Part shown: one piece after another, positions 1 to 13,020 of the stretch
How the letters are laid out: each line of letters begins with the position of its first letter
How positions within the stretch are numbered: position 1 is the stretch's first letter
From: the human T2T-CHM13v2.0 reference genome, Homo sapiens
Length of the DNA: 64,000 nt
Direction: 5' to 3' (one strand)
Assembly (NCBI RefSeq): GCF_009914755.1
Contig: NC_060942.1
The notes under the pieces: model-generated
Told to the model about the DNA's origin: nothing
The model's input: only the letters and a program-made list of their open reading frames with translations
Database searches by the model: none
Translations under genes and position numbers: made by a program

Positions 1-637
1 AGAAACACTTTTACACTGTCAGTGGGAGTGTAAATTAGTTCCATCATTGTGGAAGGTAGTGTGGCGATTCCTCAAGGATCTGGAACCAGAAATACCATTT
101 GACCCAGCAATCCCATTACTGAGTACATATCCAAAGGATTGTAAATCATTCTACTATAAAGACACATGTACACGTATGTTTATTGCAGCACTATTTACAG
201 TAGCAATGACTTGGAACCAACCCAAATGCCCATCGATTATAGACTGGATAAAGAAAATGTGGTACACATACACCATGGAAAACTATGCAGCCATAAAAAA
301 TGAGTTCATGTCCTTTGCAGGGAGATGGATGAAGCTGGAAACCATCATTCTCAGCAAACTAACACAGGAACAGAAAACCAAACACTGCATGTTCTCTCTC
401 ACAAGTGGGAGTTGCACAATGAGAACACATGGACACAGGGAGGGGAACATCACACACTGGGACCTGTCAGGGGTTGGGGACTAGGGGAGGGATAGCATTA
501 TGACAAATATCTAATGCATGCAGGGCTTAAAACCTAGTGACACGTTGATGGGTACAGCAAACCACCATGGCACATGTATACCTATGTAACAAACCTGCAC
601 GTTCTGTACATATATCCCTTAAAGTATAATAAAAAAA
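1..637 (+). mobile_element. L1PA 3' end (ORF2 C-terminus, 3' UTR, poly-A)
   Basis: ORF 47-484 gives the L1 ORF2 C-terminal peptide (EIPFDPAIPLL...KKMWYTYTMEN). Typical L1PA 3' UTR and A tail. Confidence 0.95.
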
Positions 638-944
638 GTTAGTCATAATCTATTGAAAGATAAAGACCTATCAATTGAGGGTTTCTGTAGCCTGCACCAT
701 GGCCATGTGTGAGGAGCAGTGGGAGTATCTTATAGTTCTGTGGATGAAGCTGGGATGAGGGGGAGGTAGGAAAGAGTAGGAAAGAGTAGAATGAGAAGGA
801 AGCGGGAGGCTTTTTTGAGGAAATGCTGTAGTGGCTTTGCAGAATGAGAGAAGAAAGTATCTCTTTAAAAGTATTTATTGACTACTCTTATATAGCATTA
901 ACAAAAAAAGAAACAAAAAGAAAAATAAAAGTATTTATTAATGT

Positions 945-1437
945 ATTAATTTTTATTTAATAAATAATAATTGTATATCTTTGTGGGGTACAATGTGATA
1001 TTTTTATCTATGTATACATTGTGAAAAGATTAAGTCAAACTGATTCACATATCTATTACCTCACAACCTTATTGGGTTTTTTTGTAGCAAGAGTGTGAAA
1101 AAAATCTATTTTTTTAGCAAGTTTGAAATACACAATATGTTGTTATTATTTTGGTCACCACACAGTACAATAAAATACTAAAAAGTATTCCCCTAGTCTA
1201 ACTTTGTACCCTTTGCTCAATATCTTCTCTTTTTTCATTCTTCTCCTTTCCTACCAGCCTCTGGTAATCACCTTTCTACATTCTGTTTCTATGAGGATTT
1301 GTTTAGAGTCTACATACATGAAGTTGTAGTATTTGTCTTTCTGTGTTTGGCTTATTTAATTTTGCATAATGTCCTCCAGTTCCATCAATGTTGTTATAAA
1401 TGACATAATTTCCTTATTTTCTTAAGGTTGTAGAGTA
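945..1437 (-). mobile_element. Old L1M (L1MA-like) 3' UTR
   Basis: Antisense L1MA 3' end motifs (aataattgtatat...ggggtacaatgtgat; tttgtctttctgtg...ttggcttattt). Confidence 0.75.
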
Positions 1438-2014
1438 TAGGGTTAGCATACCTTATCCAGTGACGTGGTTTGGCCGTGTCCCCACTCAAATCTCATTTTG
1501 AATTGTAGCTCCCATAATTCCCACATGTGGTGGGAGGGACTTAGTGGAAGATAACTGAATCATGGGGGCAGTTTCCCCCATACTGTTCTCATGGTAGTGG
1601 ACAAGTCTCACAGGATCTGATGATTTTATAAATAGGAGTTCCCCTGCACAAGCCCTCTTGCCTGCCACCATGTAAGACATAGATTTTGCCTTCTACCATG
1701 ATTAAGAGACCTCCCAGCCATGTGGAATTGTGAGTCCATTAAACCTCTTTTCCTTTATAAATTACCCAGTATGTCTTTATCAGCAGTGTGAAGATGGAGT
1801 AATATATTCAGAATGCTTGGGACCAGAAATGTTTTGGATTTCAGATTTGTTCAGATTTTTAAATATTTGCATTATTCTTGGCTCAACATTCCTAACCCCA
1901 AAACCCAAAATGTGTTATGCTTTAATGAGCATATCTTTTGAGTGTCATGTTAACACTCAAAAAGTTTTAGAGTTTGGAGCATTTTAGATTTTTGGATTAG
2001 GGGTATTCAAGTTG
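1438..2014 (+). mobile_element. Tigger4a/MER46A DNA transposon (TcMar-Tigger), split by a THE1 LTR
   Basis: ...ccttatccag / aatgcttgggaccagaa...ggattaggggtattcaagttg, with TA dinucleotides flanking at 1436-37 and 2015-16. Confidence 0.8.
1461..1806 (+). mobile_element. THE1B/C solo LTR (ERVL-MaLR)
   Basis: TGACGTGGTTTGGCCGTGTCCCCACTCAAATCTC... to ...taatata, with ATTAAA signal and 5-bp TSD tccag/ttcag. Confidence 0.9.
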
Positions 2015-2016
2015 TA

Positions 2017-2194
2017 TAGACATTACAACTGACACAACAGAAACACAAAGAATTGTAAAAGACTGCTATGAACAACTATACACCAACGAATGTATAACTT
2101 AAGGGAAATAGATGAATTCCTAGAAACATGCAACCTACCAAGACTGAATCAGGAAGAAATACGCATGATGGAATACCATACAGTCTTAAAAGAA
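2017..2194 (+). mobile_element. L1 ORF2 fragment
   Basis: gacattacaactgac...tatgaacaactatac...ttcctagaaacatgcaacctaccaagactgaatcaggaagaaat matches internal L1 ORF2. Confidence 0.75.
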
Positions 2195-2705
2195 ACAGTG
2201 CTTTTAGAGGGAGCTGTTGGAGAATTTACATGTGAATAGCAGGGTAAAACGTAAATGCAACTGTAGAGAAAAGTAGAGACAAAACTTGAAGGCTGTGTAT
2301 GCCCCACTGCGGGATTCACATTTTAATATGAAGGCTGGGGATGAAGACCACATCTCTCTCCACAAAAGGCACTGCACGGCTGGCCAGAACAAGGCCCAGG
2401 GGCTCCCGTGACCAGTGAAATAAAGCATGCAAAGGGAGCCACAGAAAGGGCTATGGGCAAACAGTAGGAAGCCTGGGGATGCTAAACTCCTGGACGAAAA
2501 GATCATGCTCTATCTGGCACATGGCTGTGGAGAAGGAAGTGGGCAAATGCCACACTAAATGGCTTCTCAAAGACAGTTCTGAGAAAGAGTAGGTCTAAAT
2601 AGAGTGCAATTAGAGCTCAAATCTTCCTGCAGGACAGTGACTATGTCACGTTCATCTTTGATTCCCAACAGGTGGTGCAACTGCTGGCCCAGAGTAGGTA
2701 TTCAT

Positions 2706-3008
2706 GGCTGGGCATGGTGGTTCATACCTGTAATCATAGCCCTTTGGGAGGCTCAGGCGGGTGAGTCACTTGAGGCTAGGAGCTGGAGACCAGCCTGGCC
2801 AACATAGCAAAATCCTGTCTCTACTAAAAATACAAAAATTAGCTGGGTGTGGTAGCAGGCATGAGTCCCAGCTACATTCTGAGGTATGAGAATCACTTGA
2901 GCCTGGGAGGTGGAGGTTGCAGTGAGCTGAGATCACACCACTGCAGTCTAGCCTGGGCAACAGAGCAAGACTCTGTCTCAAAAAAAATAAAATAAAATAA
3001 AAAAGTAA
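2706..3008 (+). mobile_element. Alu (S/J), full length
   Basis: Dimeric Alu with A tail. TSD agagtaggtattcat at 2691-2705 and 3009-3023. Confidence 0.95.
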
Positions 3009-4776
3009 AGAGTAGGTATTCATGACTCATTGAGTAGATAGAAATAAGAGATAAGATCTTAAAAATAACCATAATAACACGTGGATGTGTTCCAATATGT
3101 CCTTACTAACAGGCACTATTTTGAGCATTTTATAGACATTAATATAACTAATCTTCAAGATAATAGATAATCCTGGGAGGCACCTCAGCACCTGTGTCTC
3201 CCTTTGAGATTCAAACAAGTTCTTGAGCTTTGATTACTTTTAATTATTCATGAAGTTACCTTACTCGGTCTTACCAAAAAGTGACAGTGTGATTTCCTTC
3301 TCTCTGGTCCTACAGTATCTGTATTCAACAATGTTGTGAATAAAAACCACAGGTCATTTTATTTCAAAGGTGTCCTTCATCAAATACCTGTCTTGTATCA
3401 TCTTTGTCTTCTTAGTTTCAGGTAAGAGTCTGAGGGCATTTGTGTAACTGCTCGAATAGTACAAGAATAGTCATAAGTTTATTGAACAATATTTCTTTTT
3501 CAACCATTCCTGTATTGAAGTTGCTGAAGTTGCTCGGTGGTCCTTGGTGTGGTTGTCTAGAGGCCAACTCACCAGCACAAACAGCACTAGTCGGGAAACA
3601 TAAGTGACAATGATGTGAGCGATACATGTAGAAGCCAAAGCTTGCCTCTAGTTACACATAATTTCAATCTTTGCTATTATTGTTAGTCTGTTGTTTCTTA
3701 ATAATTTTACTTCATTAATATTAGCCTAGTGTATGGACACAATTACAAAGCCTAGTAGCCCAAAATCAGAAGAGTTGATGTCTAATCCAATTCCTGTACA
3801 TAATAGCTGTATAGTCTTGAGCAAAACTGTTAAAATATCTCAGATGTCTCCTCTTTGAAAGGCGTATTACTCCCTACACCATTTTTAATCTCTCTTAGAG
3901 AAACTATGTAAAAGCAGAATAAAAAACTTTGAAGACTTTCAAAATGTTATTAAGGGACTATTAATGACATTATCTGAAGCAGGCTTGCTGGGAACTTTTG
4001 CAGTTGCCCAACATTTACAAAAAGAGAATGTAAGAAACAGTGAAGCCAAATTACAAGTTCTTTAATGTTCTAATATTTCTAATACATTGTATTTTATGAA
4101 TAAGCAGTCCACTAAGATAGTTTAGTAAAAACTTGAAGCCAAATGAAAACTTGTTTAGTCTCTATCTTGAGGAATATAAGAGGCAGGCTTTTATGGATAC
4201 CTCTATTGCATAAAATTTTCCTCACAGTAAAAAAACTGGTGTAATTCAGGGCAAGAATAGAAACAGGACAGAGAGGAAAATATACAAAGTTGTAGCACAA
4301 TATTCTATCTTAAATCATTTCATGACTTTTATTAACAGCAAAATTCAAAATAAATTATTCATGAAATTTGTCCACAAATATTTTCTTGAACTTGAGCTGA
4401 ACTTTGATGAACATAGTGCATTTGGTCTGACATATTTATCATCATTTTCATGGCCTCCATTCCACTTTGCTTGGATTGTTATAAAGCAGCAACAGTGAAT
4501 TAACTGAATCCATAGCTACCAACCAAGGGGGACCTTATTGGAACATATCTATGTTCAATGTTCTCCTTTATGCAATATTTGTTCTTGACAGAGGCAATCT
4601 AAGGAGAGGTATGTAAAAGTGTTAATTACGGAAAAAACATGAGGCAAAGTTTTTATCATTGATTATTTTGGAAAAATATAAACTGAGAGTTCACTGAAAA
4701 TACAGTTAATAAAAAATAATCTAAGGTTCTTGAGATAGTTGTGTGTGTACACATGTATGTTTTAAATAGAGTTTTC

Positions 4777-6816
4777 CTGGCAGAAGATAACGATGCCCTT
4801 TCTCACCACTCCTATTGAATGTAGTGCTGGAAATCCTGGCCAGGGCAATCAGGCAAGAGAAAGAAATAAAGGGCATCCAAATAAGGAGAAAGTCAAACTA
4901 CTCCTGTTTGCAGATCCTATATCTAGAAAACCCTATAGTCTCAGCCCAAAAACTTCTTTACCTGATAAACAATGTCAGCAAAGTCTCAGGATACAAAATC
5001 AATGTGCGAAAATCAACAACAATGAAGCCGAGAGCCAAATCAGTAACACAATCACATTCACAATTGCCATAAAAAAGAATAAAATACCTAGGAATACAGC
5101 TAACCAGAAAGGTGAAAGATCTCTACAATGAGAACTACAAAACACTGCTCAAAGAAATCAGAGATGACATAAACAAGTGGAAAAACATTCCAAGGTCATG
5201 GATAGAAAGAATCAATATAGTTAAAATGACCACTCTGCCCAAGACAATTTGTAAAAAAAACTATTATAAAATTTACATGGAACCAATAAGAGCTCAAATA
5301 GCCAAGACAATCCTAAGCAAAAAAAATAAAAAAAAAAATAAAGCTGGAGGTGTCATGCTACCCAGTTTCAAATTATATTACAGGGCTACAGTAACCAAAA
5401 CAGATTGGCACTGGTACAAAAGCAGACACATAGACCAATGAAACAGCATGGAGAACCCAGAAATAAGGCTGCATACTTACAACTATCTCATCTTTGGCAA
5501 AACTGACAAAAACAAGCAATAAGGGAAGGATTCCCTACTCAATAAATAAAAGGATTCTGTACTCCCTTCAGCCACATGCAGAAGGCTAAAAATTGGTCCC
5601 CTTCCTTTCATATACAAAAAGTAAATCAAGATGGAATAAAGATTTAAATATACATCCAAAACTATAAAAAGCTTGGAAGACAACCTAGGCAATACTATCC
5701 TGGACCTAGGAATGGGCAAAAATTTCATGAGGAAGATGCCAAAAGCAATTGCAACAAAAGCAAAAATTGACAAGTGGAATCTAATTAAACTAAACAGCTT
5801 CTGCACAGCAAATGAAACTATCAACAGAGTGAACAGACAACCTACAAAATGGAGGAAAAATTTTGCAAACTATGCATCTGACATAGAAGCTACAAAGAAC
5901 TTAAACAAATTTACAAGAAACAAAAAAACATTAAAAAGTGGGCAAAGGACATGAACAGACACTTTTCAAAAGAAGATGTACATGTGGCCAACAATCATAT
6001 AAACAAAAGCTCAACATCACTGATCATTAGAGAAATGCAAATCAAAATCACAATGAGATACCATCTCACACCATTCAGAATGGCTATTACTAGAAAGTCA
6101 AAAAATACCAGAGGCTGTTGGGGTCGTGGAGAAAAAGAAACACTTATACGCTGTTGATGGAAGTGTAAATAGTTCAGCCATGTGGAAGACAGTGTGGCAA
6201 TTCTTCAAAGACCTAAACATAAGAACACCATTTGACCCAGCAATCCCATTATTGGGTATATACCCAAAGGAATGTAAATCATTCTGTTATAGAGACACAT
6301 GCACATGTATGTTCCTTACCGCACTATTCACAATATCAAAAACATATCAATCTAAATGTCCAATAACGGTAGACTGGATAAAGAGATTGTGGTACATATA
6401 CACCATGGAATACTATGCAGCCAAAAAAAGAATAAAATCATGTCATTTGCAGGAACTTGGATGGAGCAAGTTTGCTAAGGCCATTATCCTTAGCAAACTA
6501 ATGCAGGAACAGAAAATCAAATACTGCATGTTTTCGCTTATAAGTTGGAGCTAAATGATGAGAACACGTGTACACATGGAGGGGAATACCACCAGTGGGG
6601 CCTGTTGGAGGGTGGATGGTGGGAGGAGGAAAAGGATCAGAAAAAATAATGAATGGGTACTAGACGTAATATCTGGGGGATGAAATAATCTGTACAGCAA
6701 ACCCCCATGACACAAGTTTATCTGTATGACAAGTTTACCTATATGACAAACCTGCACATCCCTGAACTTAAAATAAAAGTTAATAAGAAGAAAAAAAGAA
6801 GAAAATTCTTTAAATA
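4777..6816 (+). mobile_element. 5'-truncated older L1PA (about PA13-16), 2 kb, degraded ORF2
   Basis: Several frameshifted ORF2 peptides ([34 protein letters not shown]). 3' UTR and A-rich tail; TSD aaatagagttttc/aattagagttttc. Confidence 0.93.
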
Positions 6817-9687
6817 AATTAGAGTTTTCAAATTTGTCCTCCTGAATTTTAAAGTAAATAAACAGAATGTGTTTTCATTTACTATTCATTTTAATATATA
6901 TTATATATTTCATTTACTATTTATTTAATGTATATACATCAAACACTTACTTTGATAAAGATATTGGCCTTTGTGCTGTTATTTAAGACAAAGAAAATAA
7001 AATTGTTGTCCCCACAGTGTTTATACATTCACTTGTAGAGATTAGACAACAAATGGCAATCTTAAGACAGAGACATGATTTATTTTTTGTTTTTATTGTT
7101 GCTTTTCACGCCAATACCAATGAGATTCACTAATATCTTTGGGTAGGAGCTGGATCATCAGTTCTAACATTTAGATTATAGATTTGCACTGGTGATATTA
7201 AAATGCTGAATAATGCGGTCTTTACTATGGCCCCATTTGGAAACCCCTTGCTTCTGATAAATATGGCCATAAGCAGCATGTCATGATTATCTTCATTTGG
7301 ACCCTCTGCTGTGGCTGGGCCTGCAAGGCTGATTTCCTATGAGCCACATGTGCCTCAGATTCCTTCACTTTAAACTGGATTGTTCTCCGGAAATTAAAAC
7401 AAAATTGGATGTTCAGTTACCTAGCAGAAAGATGTGCTACAAAAGAAATTGCATTATATGCTCCAAAGACAAAGATGACCTTTGGATTATGCGTTATTTA
7501 GGATTCTGAATGCTCCTGGTCTCTTCTCTGCCTGCAATAATTGAGGGAAGATTTCATCTGTTTTATTTAACCTTTCCTTCTTTAGCAATATTTAAAAAAC
7601 ATCTGATGTGTCCATTTTTCCTTGGCCTTAGCTACATCTAGGTTTTTAAGCACTATCTACACATATCTAAGTAAAATGATTTCAAGTTTTGAAAGAATTC
7701 AAAATAATTATATGCTAAGTCATTTATCATTCCATATATATTATTTTATGGATAATTTTAACGGTAACTGTGGTCAAAACAGATAACAGAACTCTTCTTT
7801 TGATGACATCACATGCAAACACATTATGAAAAATAGTCCTACTTTCCAACATACCGGGACCTCTACCACCTTGGAAAAATTATCAGAGGATCCAGAGAGT
7901 GATTCTTTAGATTGTAGATGCCCATGCAGTTACCTCTCCCCAGGAAACATGCTTTTAGCAAGGACTCTGTAGAGCTCTGACTCTGTAATCTCCAAAAGAG
8001 AGGCTTATGGAGTTAGAAAGCTCACGCTCTAGCACATTTGCAATAGCCAAAATCAAAGATTTGTTTTTTCCTTTTAAAAATGGAGTAATCATACCTGCCT
8101 GACCAGGTCACAAAATTACGAGGTTTGAATATCTTAAGACTACTTTGTGTGAAAAATGCTTTTATTCCCTAAAATCTATTTAACTAAAATCAAGTTTGTC
8201 ATCTCTTCATATGAAAATAGCAGAATAGATTCTCACTGAATATGGGGTGTGTTTTTGAGTTTGTGAAACTTAAATACAGTCTCAAGATTAACTGAGGATA
8301 TTCTAGGAGCATTTCAAAGACATACTAAGTCCTTCTTCAGATCAAAAACCAATGTGATTACAAACTGAGAGGACCATGGTTGCCAATAGGAGCCCCATAT
8401 TAACTGTTATCGAGACAGAAGCTCAGCTTGAAGGCAGCATTTTACGTCAAAACAGTTTCTCAATATCAAGTAAATGTTGAAAGAATGACAGTGAGGCAAG
8501 AGAGTATTATGTAATTGCAAGCAACATAATATTATTAAAGCAAGAAATCATGGCTGAAACGTAGGTTCTATAAACGGTCTCTTATTTTGCCTCTCTTGGG
8601 CCAGTCTGGAATAGTCAGGGGAAGTTTCTGTCTTTTTGTTAGTAAAAGTTACACGTTAAATAATGTTATTTTTATCACTACATATTAGCTAATACGAGCT
8701 TTGACAAATGCATAGTATATTCTTATATGTAAGCAAGGTTATAATTTCTACACAATAGCTATTGTAATTGTTTTAAAGAATAAAATTACAGAGTAAAACC
8801 ACTAACACTCATTTTATTAGCATTGAGTCAAACAGAGAAACTTCTTGAAAAAGAATATGTGAGTAAGTGGGAGAATTTATTTAAGAGCTGGAAAACATCT
8901 TGAGTTAAACTAATTCAGTGCTTTCGCTTTTTAAATGAGAAAATAGAGCCCTAAAGTATTGAAGGCTACTGTGGTATTTCTTGTTAAATTGTGTCACTGT
9001 CAGTCAAGGAAAAATGCTCATTTCCCTGAGTCTATTGGAGTGGGCTGTACCTCCCTCCCTACTATCAATGGCAAAGCCTAACAGCTAGTTTTCATTGAGG
9101 AGATGGAAATGTGCTTTCCTGATTTTCTGTAGCAAAAATCACACTTACTTCGGCTACATTTCAGGGAAATGTGTTTTTTAAAATGTTTATTACTATCAGC
9201 AATTTATTGTTATAGACCTAGTTCTTTTATTTATTCCCCCTTTGTTTTTTGTAACTGGAGGTTGTTGGGAGATTTGCTTCCCCAAAACAGCCACATTTAA
9301 GTATATGATAAGGGAACTAGAGAATGAATATCCTGGAGGTGATGAAACCTATCAGCATGTAGAAGGTAATGCTTTCTTCTGAGTTGAAATTTCCAAAGAG
9401 TCAGTTCTCTGTGAGGTCAGTGAAAAAGAGAAGAAATGAGCTAATTCCAGCATTTTGGTTGCTGGGAGGTGTAGGATCCAGAGACAACTGGGGAACTGGT
9501 GAAGGTCGTGAAAACTGTTGTGCCTCTCCGGTCAGTACTGACACTGACTTGCAGAAATGCTAAAATTCACCATCACCACACTATCTTCACATTTCCATAT
9601 TATATTAAAATAGTTTATGCAAGATGAGCTACCAAGGTTTGGATTGCATAAGAAACATATGTGCAAAGCAAAGTTGAAAATGAAAGC

Positions 9688-9918
9688 CAGGACTGGAACT
9701 GGGGTAAGGCAGGCACAGAATTTGGAGAGAGGAGCAGGGGAGCAAGCACCAAAAATTCAATAATCTAGAAAAATTACTTTTAGTAAATATTTAAAAATTC
9801 AAAATTTATGCAAAAATCCATGAAGAACATTTCAAAATTGGTATTAGTGGGTTTTTTTTGTTTTTTTTTTTTGTTTTTCACTTTGCCTCAGGCTCCAATA
9901 TGATTCGGCATGGCTCTG
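9688..9918. mobile_element. Non-autonomous hAT-type DNA transposon remnant
   Basis: CAG...CTG termini with degenerate 8-bp TSD atgaaagc/atggaaga. The interior resembles a MER/hAT element; family not pinned down. Confidence 0.55.
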
Positions 9919-10504
9919 ATGGAAGATACAGAAGATCAAGGGAAACCAAAGAGAAATTAAATAATTATTTCTATTCATAACATTGAATATAATAGAAGTA
10001 GCATTGTAGAAGATAGGTATTTGCAAAATCTGACTTGGAGATGGAAATGAAATCCGTGCTTATAGATTAGCTTCAAATCCACCTCTCTCTTGCTTTTAAT
10101 CATCTCGTAATGTGGATCAGTGGTCATACATTGTCTATATATTTTCTTTTAGCTGGTTCTTGATAGCATCATGGATTGTTAATTACTTTGAATTCAGTGA
10201 ATTGACATTAGAAGGGTTAAAAAAGACTTTCAAGGAAACAGGATTTTTATGATACAGAAAATGGCATTGAGTTTCACGGGAAAATGTATTCAGGGAAATT
10301 GTATTGAGAATAGTCCCAATTTGTTTGTAGAAAGACTTCAAAATTAATTAATAGAATGAATGTAGATATTATGGAATGATATATGAAAAGATGACATCAA
10401 GGAATTAAGAATGAAAATAAGTCAAAATATTAGACATAAATTAAACTGTTGTTTCCATCCATTAGAAACCTGAGGTGGTACATTGTTTTAAAACATAGAC
10501 AAGT

Positions 10505-11262
10505 GTTCTCATTGTTCAATTCCCACCTATGAGTGAGAACATGTGGTGTTTGGTTTTCTGTCCTTGTGATAGTTTGCTGAGAATGATGGTTTCCAGCTTC
10601 ATCCATGTCCCTGCAAAGGACACGAACTCATTTTTTTTTATGGCTGCATAGAATTCCATTGTGTATATCTACCACATTTTCTTAATCCATTCTATCATTG
10701 ACAGACATTTGGGTTGCTTCCAAGTCTTTGCTATTGTGAATTGCGCTGCAATAAACATACGTGTGCATGTGTCTTTATAGTAGCATGATTTACAATCCTT
10801 TGGATATATACCCAGTAATGGGATGGCTGGGTCAAATGGTATTTCTAGTTCTAGATCCTTGAGGAATAGCCACACTGTCCTCCACAATGGTTGAACTAAT
10901 TTACACTCCCACGAACAGTGTAAAAGCGTTCCTATTTCTCCACATCCTCTACAGCATCTGTTCTTTCCTGACTTTTTAATGATCATCATTCTAATTGGCG
11001 TGAGATGTTATCTCATTGTGGTTTTGATTTGCATTTCTCTGATGACCGGTGATGATGAGCATTTTTCCATGTGTCTGTTGGCTGCACGAATGTCTTCTTT
11101 TGAGAAGTGTCTATTCATATGTTTTGCCCATTTTTTGATGGGGTTAAAAAATGACGAGTTGATGGATGCAGCAAACCAACATGGCACATGTATACCTATG
11201 TACAAACCTGTACGTTGTGCACATGTACCCTAGAACTTAAAGTTCAATAAAAAAATAAAAAT
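10505..11262 (+). mobile_element. L1PA with 5' inversion (10505-11145 antisense; about 11148-11262 sense plus poly-A)
   Basis: Antisense ORF2 C-terminus (ORFs 10669-10989 and 11008-11205) joined to a sense 3' end. TSD aaaacatagacaagt at 10490-10504 and 11263-11277. Confidence 0.95.
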
Positions 11263-12850
11263 AAAACATAGACAAGTACACAAAATAAATTTAAAACTCA
11301 CTACTTGGGAGAAAATTTATTTAAATTACTTGATCTTGTGTAAAAAAGTAAACTTAATTTTAAATTCAATGTAATCATTGTATCTAAAGACAAATGGCAT
11401 AGGATTATATCTTTAATACCTATCCACTTACTTATCTGCAGTATAACTGCACTCGCTGATTTGATCAGTTGAGCAACAAATGCAGATTCTAAGTATTAAC
11501 TCAAATGACATGATAATTTGATTAGACAAGATATTTAACACTATTATATCTGGAAATACTTATGTACAGAATATGGATGTTAAAAAATCTACTTTCTTCC
11601 TTTACACTAATATTAAAGGTGGGGAATATAAAGTCAAGAGAGGTTGGTCACTCAGCTCGCTACTGAAAGATCCTGGCTTACTAGGAGACAGTAGTAATTT
11701 ATACACAGTAATGTCTACACTTACAGTAATTAAAACTTTGCAAAGGTGTTAATAATTAGAAGAAAAAAACACTTGTATAGCACATGTTCAAGAAGCAGAA
11801 CAATCCGGAAAAGTGAGACTATTTCACATTGGAGTAGAAAAAGGAAGGAAGGAAACAGAGGAGTGAATATAAATCCCAACTTGTAAACAAGTATTTCCTG
11901 AGAGTCTGTTAAGAAATCCACGAAAGCACATATTCTAATGAAGATGGTCTAGATTAGCACCAGCACACCAGACACAGATGAATTGAATGAAACTTTAAAA
12001 TTTTGCCTATCTGAATTTCTCTGGTCCAAATGGTAGTAATTCATAGAATGTAGCTGGAAACTATCGTCTTCCTTGTCAGGTTATTAAACAGTATCCTTTG
12101 AGATTTAGAGGGGTGTAGACTCTAAAAATGAGTCTACATTTCAAGAAGAGTACACCATGTGTATAATATCACAGAAGATTATTTTTAACATGGAAAATTT
12201 CATTTCAGGAGAAAATATGTATTTATATTGCCTGTAACATTCAAAGACACATACTAGCAGATACATGGGAACAGATTATTAACATATTATGTTTTGGTGA
12301 CTGCTAGAGAGATACTCTTGCTTTCACATTTCTCTTTTATCAGCCTACAATAATATCTAAAATGGTTTTAAAATCATGTTAGTATGTTTGTTTGGTGATT
12401 AAATATATTTAATAAAACAACTATAATTACCCACTAAGTTGAGTGGTGGGGGTTCACAAGTGTTTGTTTTATTCTCAACCTTTCTAGGTTATTTTTTTAA
12501 TATGTATCAAGAAATTCATACTCAAAAAGTTATATAAAACTAAAATTCTAGGGAAATTACTCAACATGATTGATAAAATCATTTATGCCACAGTTTCTTG
12601 AATAAGTAAATTTTGAGTTCTTTGGGAAAGTACTATGCTAAAAACAAAATCTAATGGACTGAGAGAAAAATGTAATGAAGGGATAAAGAGCTTCATTCTT
12701 AGAAAGAGGTGTGTCTTTGATCCTATCCAAAGGGTGTTAGCTGTAGTTTAGAATTAGAAGAAACTAATTTTAACTAACAAATATGCAAGTGTCCCATGTA
12801 TCCTGAGCCCTTGCTATCATGAGAAAGAGAGAAAGCAGCATCATGTAGAC

Positions 12851-13020
12851 TAGGGATTCTCAAACTGCTATACAATATAATTATATGGGGAGGTTTGAAA
12901 ACACCCCTTAGAGTTTGTGATTTTGTAGATCTGAAATGTGGTGTGAGCATTTGTATTTCTAACAGGTTCCCAGATGCTGTAGCTGCTGAGGACCAGGGAG
13001 CGACAATTTGAGAAGTACTG
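12851..13020. mobile_element. MER5A (hAT-Charlie)
   Basis: tagggattctcaaact...atttgtatttctaacaggttcccagatgctg...tttgagaagtactg; degenerate terminal inverted repeats. Confidence 0.75.

Noticed and set aside
4793-6554. Reverse-transcriptase-like ORFs
   Set aside because: Frameshifted remains of a truncated L1 ORF2; the same applies to 47-484 and 47408-48112.
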